Shown here one piece after another: positions 40,640 to 45,519 of a DNA stretch of 45,519 nucleotides. Within the stretch, counting starts at the first letter, position 1. Every line of letters starts with the position of its first letter. The notes beneath the pieces were generated by a model, which saw only the letters and a list, made by a program, of their open reading frames with translations, did not search any database and was not told the origin of the DNA. The DNA comes from a bacterium (lineage in GTDB: Bacteria; Patescibacteriota; Gracilibacteria; BD1-5; UBA2023): NCBI GenBank assembly GCA_043778375.1, contig JAYWGH010000003.1:1-45519 (forward strand), read 5' to 3'. The position numbers were made by a program, and so were the translations under genes.

Positions 40640-41254
40640 TTATTGCAATTGTTGTGCTACTTCTCCTGCTATCTTGATAGATGGAGTAAGCGTCTTTGCT
40701 CCTTTCTTCCATCTTGCTGGACAGGCAACACCTGGGTTTGACGCCATGAACTGAAGTGCCTCAATTTGGCGGATAAGCTCAGCCGAATTGCGACCAAGAG
40801 GTCCACTCGTTACCTCAATAACTCGCACTATCCCTTGTGGATCGATCACAAAAGTCCCTCGACCAGCAATTCCTGTCTCATGATCGTAGATATTATACAT
40901 ATCAGCTACTGCTCCTGAGTGATCAGCAAGCATGAGGTATGGAAAGCCTTGCATAAGCCCCTCGTGTTTTACCCACGCACGGTGAGAGTACACAGTATCG
41001 GTAGACGCAGCGAGCACAGTAACTCCAGCGGCGTCAAGCTCAGATTTTACATCTGCGAGGTCCTTGAGTTCAGTCGGACATACAAAGGTAAAGTCAGCCG
41101 GGTAGTAAAAAAGGACAATCCACTTCCCCTTGAGACCGGCAAGGCTCACTCTAGCGTCATCGTCCTTGACAGGGTCGTACGCTGGAAGGTCAAAAGCTGG
41201 AGCGGGAGTATCTATCTTTACTGGCTCATAAGTAAAATCAAAATCTTGTGACAT
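40640..41254 (-). CDS. Peroxiredoxin (AhpC/TSA, 2-Cys type)
   Basis: FYYPADFTFVCPTEL (peroxidatic Cys) and a C-terminal VACPARW (resolving Cys); 204 aa. Confidence 0.9.
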   Translation of the reverse strand: MSQDFDFTYEPVKIDTPAPAFDLPAYDPVKDDDARVSLAGLKGKWIVLFYYPADFTFVCPTELKDLADVKSELDAAGVTVLAASTDTVYSHRAWVKHEGLMQGFPYLMLADHSGAVADMYNIYDHETGIAGRGTFVIDPQGIVRVIEVTSGPLGRNSAELIRQIEALQFMASNPGVACPARWKKGAKTLTPSIKIAGEVAQQLQ

Positions 41255-41318
41255 AGTATGTTGTTGGTTAAAAATAACTCTCTATTGTAAACAAAGAAAC
41301 TCATGTTTCAAATCGATT

Positions 41319-41345
41319 TTGCAACTCGGCGCACTTTTGTACAAT
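41319..41345 (+). promoter_or_regulatory. Candidate promoter abutting the ABC ATPase start codon
   Basis: TTGCAA (41319-41324), a 15-nt spacer, then TACAAT (41340-41345), followed immediately by ATGGATATG. Confidence 0.3.
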
Positions 41346-42101
41346 ATGGATATGAAAAAAACTCCTGAAAAATCTCCCATACTCGAACTCTCGAGTGTTT
41401 GTAAACGTCTCGACAAAAAAGATATTCTTAAACAGGTGAGCATTTCAGTAGCCGAGGGCGAGATTTTTGGGTTTCTTGGCCCAAACGGCGCTGGCAAAAC
41501 TACCACTATGAAGTGCATACTTGGACTCCTCTCTCCAGACTCAGGATCTGTACGGGTTTTTGGTGAGGAAGGTCTCTCTATTGCCGCACGAGCACAAATA
41601 GGGTTTATGCCAGAAAATACCTACCTCTATAAGTACCTCACTGGGCGAGAGTTCTTGCGGTTTAACGGGAAGTTTTTTAATATCCCTAAAGCAGAGCTTG
41701 AAGCTCGTATCGACGAGCTCATTACAAAAGTGGGACTCGATCATGGTCGTGACAAGCTCCTTGGAAAATATTCAAAGGGGATGTTACAGCGTATCGGACT
41801 CGCACAAGCAATCATCAATCAACCTCGTATTGTTTTTCTCGATGAACCAATGAGTGGGCTTGATCCGATAGGGCGCAAAATGGTAAAAGACCTCATCCTG
41901 GAGCTCCGCGCGAATGGGACGACTGTATTTTTTAATACGCATATTCTCTCAGATGTAGAGTCTATTTGTGATGAGTTTGCGATCATCCATTTTGGAAGTA
42001 TTGTTGCGAACAAGCGGGTGGCGGGTATGAAGGGGTCACTTGAAGACTATTTTATGAAGGTAATAGATGACAGCGCAGAGGGTATTGGTAATATTGTATA
42101 G
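41346..42101 (+). CDS. ABC transporter ATP-binding protein (ABC-2/drug-exporter-like)
   Basis: Walker A GPNGAGKTT, signature YSKGMLQR and Walker B IVFLDEP. The start is ATG 41346 or 41352; the TTG at 41319 used by the track is rejected. Confidence 0.88.
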   Translation: MDMKKTPEKSPILELSSVCKRLDKKDILKQVSISVAEGEIFGFLGPNGAGKTTTMKCILGLLSPDSGSVRVFGEEGLSIAARAQIGFMPENTYLYKYLTGREFLRFNGKFFNIPKAELEARIDELITKVGLDHGRDKLLGKYSKGMLQRIGLAQAIINQPRIVFLDEPMSGLDPIGRKMVKDLILELRANGTTVFFNTHILSDVESICDEFAIIHFGSIVANKRVAGMKGSLEDYFMKVIDDSAEGIGNIV

Positions 42102-42719
42102 ATGGCACTTCCAAAAATAGGTATTGATATCGATGATGTGCTCTGTACCACGGGTATTTGGACACGAGAGGTTATGGTGAGTCAGGGTTTGAGTGCGCCA
42201 CACTACGAAAACTGGAACTCATTTCATCTTTATTTAATCCCTGGATTTCCTATTGTAGATAGGAAAATACTCTGAGATTTTTACAAAAGAGAGCTCTCTG
42301 ATCGAGCATCTCTCGAGATACTTCGCGTTGTCCCCTGATCTCAGGAAGCACTCAAAACTCTTTCAAAGCACTTTGAAATCCATGCTATCACTGCTCGTAG
42401 TATCGAAACGAAGAAAATGACAACCCAGTGGATGCACCATCACTTTGAAGGAGTTTTTAGTACTATAGATTTCCTAGGGGAGCGTATTGACGCAGGTACT
42501 GTTTCAAAAGGTGATATCTGTAAAGAGCTCGGCGTAGTAGCAATGATCGATGATAATATCGACTATGCACTCTCTGTGGCAGAGAAATCTATTCCCTGTG
42601 CTCTCATTCCCAGACCTTGGAATCTCTCTCGCAGCGAAACTCATCCTCACCTCCACCGAGTAGACTCCTGGGATGAGGCCCTCCCTTGGTTTTTATCATA
42701 CGTATGAAAATCCTCGTAG
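42102..42719 (+). CDS. HAD-superfamily 5'(3')-deoxyribonucleotidase-like (NT5C family) protein
   Basis: IGIDIDDVL (DxD nucleophile motif), VVP(G)SQEALKTL, HAITAR and IDDN. Two internal TGA codons, and the apparent TGA stop at 42705 is read through to TAG at 42717. Confidence 0.6.
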
Positions 42720-43768
42720 GACTCTCGGGTGGGGTAGACTCAGCAGTATCCGCCTATTTGTTAAAAAAAACAGGGCATGAGGTGCACGCTGGGTTTATGA
42801 TCAATTATCTCACAGATGATCCAGATTGTACAACCCGCGCTGATCTCGAAGTCGCTCGAGAAGTCGCTGCATTTCTCGAAATACCCTTTTTTACTTTTGA
42901 TTACCGCGAGGCGTACGAGGCTCGAATCACCTCTGTTATTTACGAGGGATATGCTCGTGGTATCACCCCAAATCCAGATGTACTGTGTAATAACCTCATC
43001 AAATTTGAACTCTTCGCTGCTGAAGCCCGCGAGTATGGATATGATAAAATCGCAACGGGGCACTACGCTCAGATAGTAGATAAAAAGCTCTTGAAAGGTG
43101 CCGACTCCCTCAAAGATCAAAGCTATTTCCTCTCCAGGCTTTCTCCCGAACAGCTCGCTTTTGCGCTCTTCCCAATTGGACACCTCACCAAGGCTCAGGT
43201 ACGAGAGATTGCCCTCGATGCAGGACTCCCAAATGCTCTTCGTAGGGACTCCCAAGGGCTCTGTTTTATCGGAAAAGTAAAAATGCAAGATTTCCTCGGA
43301 TCTCGTATAAATGATAAATATGGTGATATACTCGACACTACGGGGATCAAAATCGGCATACACCAGGGAATTCACCGCTATACAATTGGACAGCGTCGTG
43401 GTATAGAGATAGGTGGAGGGCCAGCACTTTTTGTGCTAAAGAAAAATGCCACGGATAATACCCTCATTGTTGGTCCTGAGAATGCTCCTGAACTATTATC
43501 TCGTGAGTGTACTGGATCTCAGTGGTCATCTCCAAGTGGAGTTACAATCCAAGAGCTCGTTAGTGAAACTCTCACAGCAAAGATACGCTACGGGCAAACC
43601 GACCAATCATGTAGAGTACTCAGTATCTCAGCTCAATGAGAGGTAATTGTGAGCTTTGAAGTTGCACAGAGAGCCATAGCCCCAGGACAGTATCTTGTCC
43701 TCTATGCGAGCGACGAACTTCTGGGGTCATTCTTTATTGGTGAGGCTTCGCTTGTTTTGCCTGAATAA
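42704..43768 (+). CDS. mnmA: tRNA 2-thiouridine(34) synthase MnmA
   Basis: MKILVGLSGGVDSAV (PP-loop), TPNPDVLCN, ATGHYA and DQSYFL. TGA 43637 is read through to give ..AIAPGQYLVLYASDELLGSFFIG, a typical MnmA C-terminus. TAA stop at 43766. Confidence 0.92.
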
Positions 43769-44237
43769 TACTTGTAATACGTAAGCGTAATGCTACGTAA
43801 TAGGCGATATATGGAATATGCGCTCCCAGAAAAGCGGTAATAAACGCTCATCCCGAGAAAGAGCTCACCCCGAGAAGAAATTTTATCTCTTGAAGGAACG
43901 AGGTATTGTGACTCACAAGAAGGTGAAAAAGGACATACCCTATCTGTCCAAGATATACGAGAAGGAGAGTAATCCCATAGAAAAATATAGTTGAGAGAAA
44001 GGGTATCGGATCAGGATTAGTGAGTGCTCTGGCCTCCTCAATACGGGAGTGTACCATCCCAAGTGCAATAATTGTGGCCACTACACGGGCAGTAACTTCA
44101 AAAAAACTTGAGAGAAATCCTGGAGTAAGAAATGTAGAGAGAATGGATATGCCTATAAAAAATATGGCAGTATAGACAGCTGCCAAACTCGCAATGCGGA
44201 GTGCTATTTGTGAATCATCAAGATCTGAATCGCTCAT
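43734..44237 (-). CDS. Hypothetical polytopic membrane protein
   Basis: Several hydrophobic helices. The apparent TGA stop at 43848 is read through into a further helix-like segment, AFITAFLGAHIPYIAYYVALRL, with TAA at 43734. Its 3' end overlaps the mnmA 3' end convergently. Confidence 0.5.
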
Positions 44238-44256
44238 GGAGGGAGTATAGGTGAGT

Positions 44257-45093
44257 TTACCAAAACTGAAAGTAACATTTTGGATACCGAATTGTGTGCT
44301 CTATAAAGTTGAGTTTAAAATCCGTATAACCCTGCTGATCACTCGTCATATGTATATCCCGCAGATGATCAAAGTGGATATAAGTAAGACCTTGAGTGAG
44401 GGACTCCATGTACCAAGCATCTATGAGTCCTGTCCCCGCTTGTGTGAGCTTAGCATTTTTACTGGTAAAGGCTACAAGATGCGTACTCATATTGAGAGTA
44501 TCCAGTACGGCGAGGCCTGCTACTGGACCTTCTGTTTTAGATACAGCGAGAAAAGACCGTACTGAGGTTGCATCAAGATTATGCATTCGCAGGTAATACT
44601 TGATGTAATCAGCTTTAAAATGATGCTGCGTCTTTGTATTGCGAAAGGCTTGCACAAAGGCATCGGCGTCTACTTGAAGTATTTCTACGTCGCTCTGAGC
44701 AAGAAACCTCTTACGAGCTCTCCGGGCACGCTCATTCCAGCGCATCCAGTATTTCTCATATGCGTATCCTATCCCTGTATAAGTAAAATGTCCGCCAGGG
44801 ATCATGAGCTCTCGCCATCATTGTCATGGAGTATCAGTATGTGCCGGGATCCAAAGGACGAGTCCACGTTTAAAGCCTGCGCTCTTGAGGAGCTCTTTGG
44901 TAGGTGGAAGGTCTGTTCTCTCAAACTTCACAATTTGAAAAATCTTGAAGTCTTTTATCCAACCAAATTGAGGGCCAACATCGACTGTATGAATATGACT
45001 CTCCTCTAGATACTTACGATATACAGGAGAGATGCTACGAAAATATTGAAAATCTGCGGGAACATCAGCTCCAGTGAGTTCAGTTGAGTGCAT
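44257..45093 (-). CDS. GNAT-fold FemAB-like (Acetyltransf_6-like) protein
   Basis: Track pieces 44257-44805 and 44824-45093 are in one frame, joined by TGA codons. The layout W..RARRARKRF...VEILQVD, HLVAFTS...AGTGLID and a C-terminal GYTDFKLNF resembles FemAB/BioF2-like acyltransferases. The family call is from memory only. Confidence 0.4.
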
Positions 45094-45129
45094 AAAAAAA
45101 CGCTCCCTTCATGCGAGACGAAAGGAGCG
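45094..45129 (-). terminator. Rho-independent terminator ending the 5S-tRNA transcription unit
   Basis: The minus strand reads CGCTCCTTT-CGTCTCGCATG-AAGGGAGCG (one mismatch) followed by TTTTTTT. Confidence 0.6.
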
Positions 45130-45142
45130 GTAAAGATTATAA

Positions 45143-45219
45143 TGGTGGGTAATGTAGGATTCGAACCTACGACCCTCTGCGTGTAAAGCAGATGCTCTAA
45201 CCAACTGAGCTAATTACCC
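45143..45219 (-). tRNA. tRNA-Val (anticodon UAC), CCA encoded
   Basis: Reverse complement reads GGGTAATTAGCTCAGTTGGTTAGAGCATCTGCTTTACACGCAGAGGGTCGTAGGTTCGAATCCTACATTACCCACCA. The anticodon loop is U-U-UAC-A-C. Confidence 0.9.
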
Positions 45220-45232
45220 GAAATAGTGTATA

Positions 45233-45309
45233 TGGTGGGTCATACTAGATTCGAACTAGTGACCTCTTGGATGTCGACCAAGCGCTCTAACCAACTGAGC
45301 TAATGACCC
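45233..45309 (-). tRNA. tRNA-Val (anticodon GAC) with C at position 33, CCA encoded
   Basis: Reverse complement reads GGGTCATTAGCTCAGTTGGTTAGAGCGCTTGGTCGACATCCAAGAGGTCACTAGTTCGAATCTAGTATGACCCACCA. The anticodon stem is CTTGG/CCAAG and the loop is U-C-GAC-A-U. Confidence 0.8.
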
Positions 45310-45317
45310 AAAAGAAA

Positions 45318-45394
45318 TGGTGCCCGGGGCGGGATTCGAACCCACGACCTTCAGCTTAGAAGGCTGCTGCTCTATCCAACTGAGCTACCCGGGC
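45318..45394 (-). tRNA. tRNA-Arg (anticodon UCU), CCA encoded
   Basis: Reverse complement reads GCCCGGGTAGCTCAGTTGGATAGAGCAGCAGCCTTCTAAGCTGAAGGTCGTGGGTTCGAATCCCGCCCCGGGCACCA. The anticodon loop is C-U-UCU-A-A. Confidence 0.88.
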
Positions 45395-45438
45395 AGAAGT
45401 AAATTCATTGCGGGAGAGGAAATTTCTCACCTCCTCTA

Positions 45439-45519
45439 TCTTGGCGTTTACCGACTCTTCCACCGTTAAGACGGCAGTACCATAGGCACGACGAAGCTTG
45501 ACTTCTGTGTTCGGGATGG
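45439..45519 (-). rRNA. rrf: 5S rRNA, 3' portion (5' part lies beyond the window end; 3' end approximate)
   Basis: The minus strand reads CCATCCCGAACACAGAAGTCAAGCTTCGTCGTGCCTATGGTACTGCCG...GGAAGAGTCGGTAAACGCCAAGA. This matches the 5S consensus CC(A/C)UxCCGAACxCAGAAGUxAAGC...GAUGGUACUG...GAGAGUAGG. Confidence 0.85.

Noticed and set aside
45395-45438. Hairpin AGAGGA..TCCTCT just downstream of the 5S rRNA as a terminator.
   Set aside because: No U-run follows it, and three tRNA genes continue immediately downstream on the same strand. It is more likely a processing stem or a coincidence. The real terminator is at 45094-45129.
1-45519. Alternative explanation that TGA encodes Trp (table 4, Mycoplasma-like).
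   Set aside because: At the positions I could align from memory (PyrG RRGDYLG, VGKY and GGxMRLG; L6 SRIGK; L24 KKGD; S13 TRKG; IF-2 HSGVG; DUF86 YxGID) the conserved residue is Gly, not Trp. TGG is still used for Trp, for example in WHGS of MurD.

Overview
This window reads as a gene-dense, mostly minus-strand housekeeping region from a bacterium that decodes UGA as glycine (translation table 25, as known for Gracilibacteria/Absconditabacteria-type Patescibacteria/CPR). The supplied standard-code ORF track therefore splits many genes into pieces (pyrG, gyrA, infB, secY, lysC, hemW, the AI-2E permease, the histidine kinase, rplF, rplX, rpsK, rpsM and others). Each set of pieces is collinear and in one frame, separated only by TGA. 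Where I know the family, the TGA falls on a conserved Gly.

Re-read with TGA as sense, the window holds:
- 32 ribosomal protein genes, plus tuf, infA, infB, rpoA and secY
- RNase P RNA, 7 tRNAs and the 3' part of a 5S rRNA
- cell-wall genes (murD, murC, a FemAB/GNAT-like gene)
- nucleotide metabolism genes (pyrG, adk, tmk, an NT5C-like nucleotidase)
- gyrA, mnmA, hemW, a peroxiredoxin and an OmpR-type two-component system next to an AI-2E permease
- a HEPN/MNT toxin-antitoxin pair and several small unusual ORFs

The ribosomal gene order is strongly rearranged. rpsJ is separated from rplC by about 8.5 kb. There is no fusA between rpsG and tuf, and no rpmD (L30). secY and adk are separated by an exonuclease gene, rnpB and a lysC-like gene.

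I saw no CRISPR array, transposase or integrase. All calls come from reading the sequence by eye against remembered family motifs. RNA ends, promoters and terminators are approximate, and no database search or folding was run.
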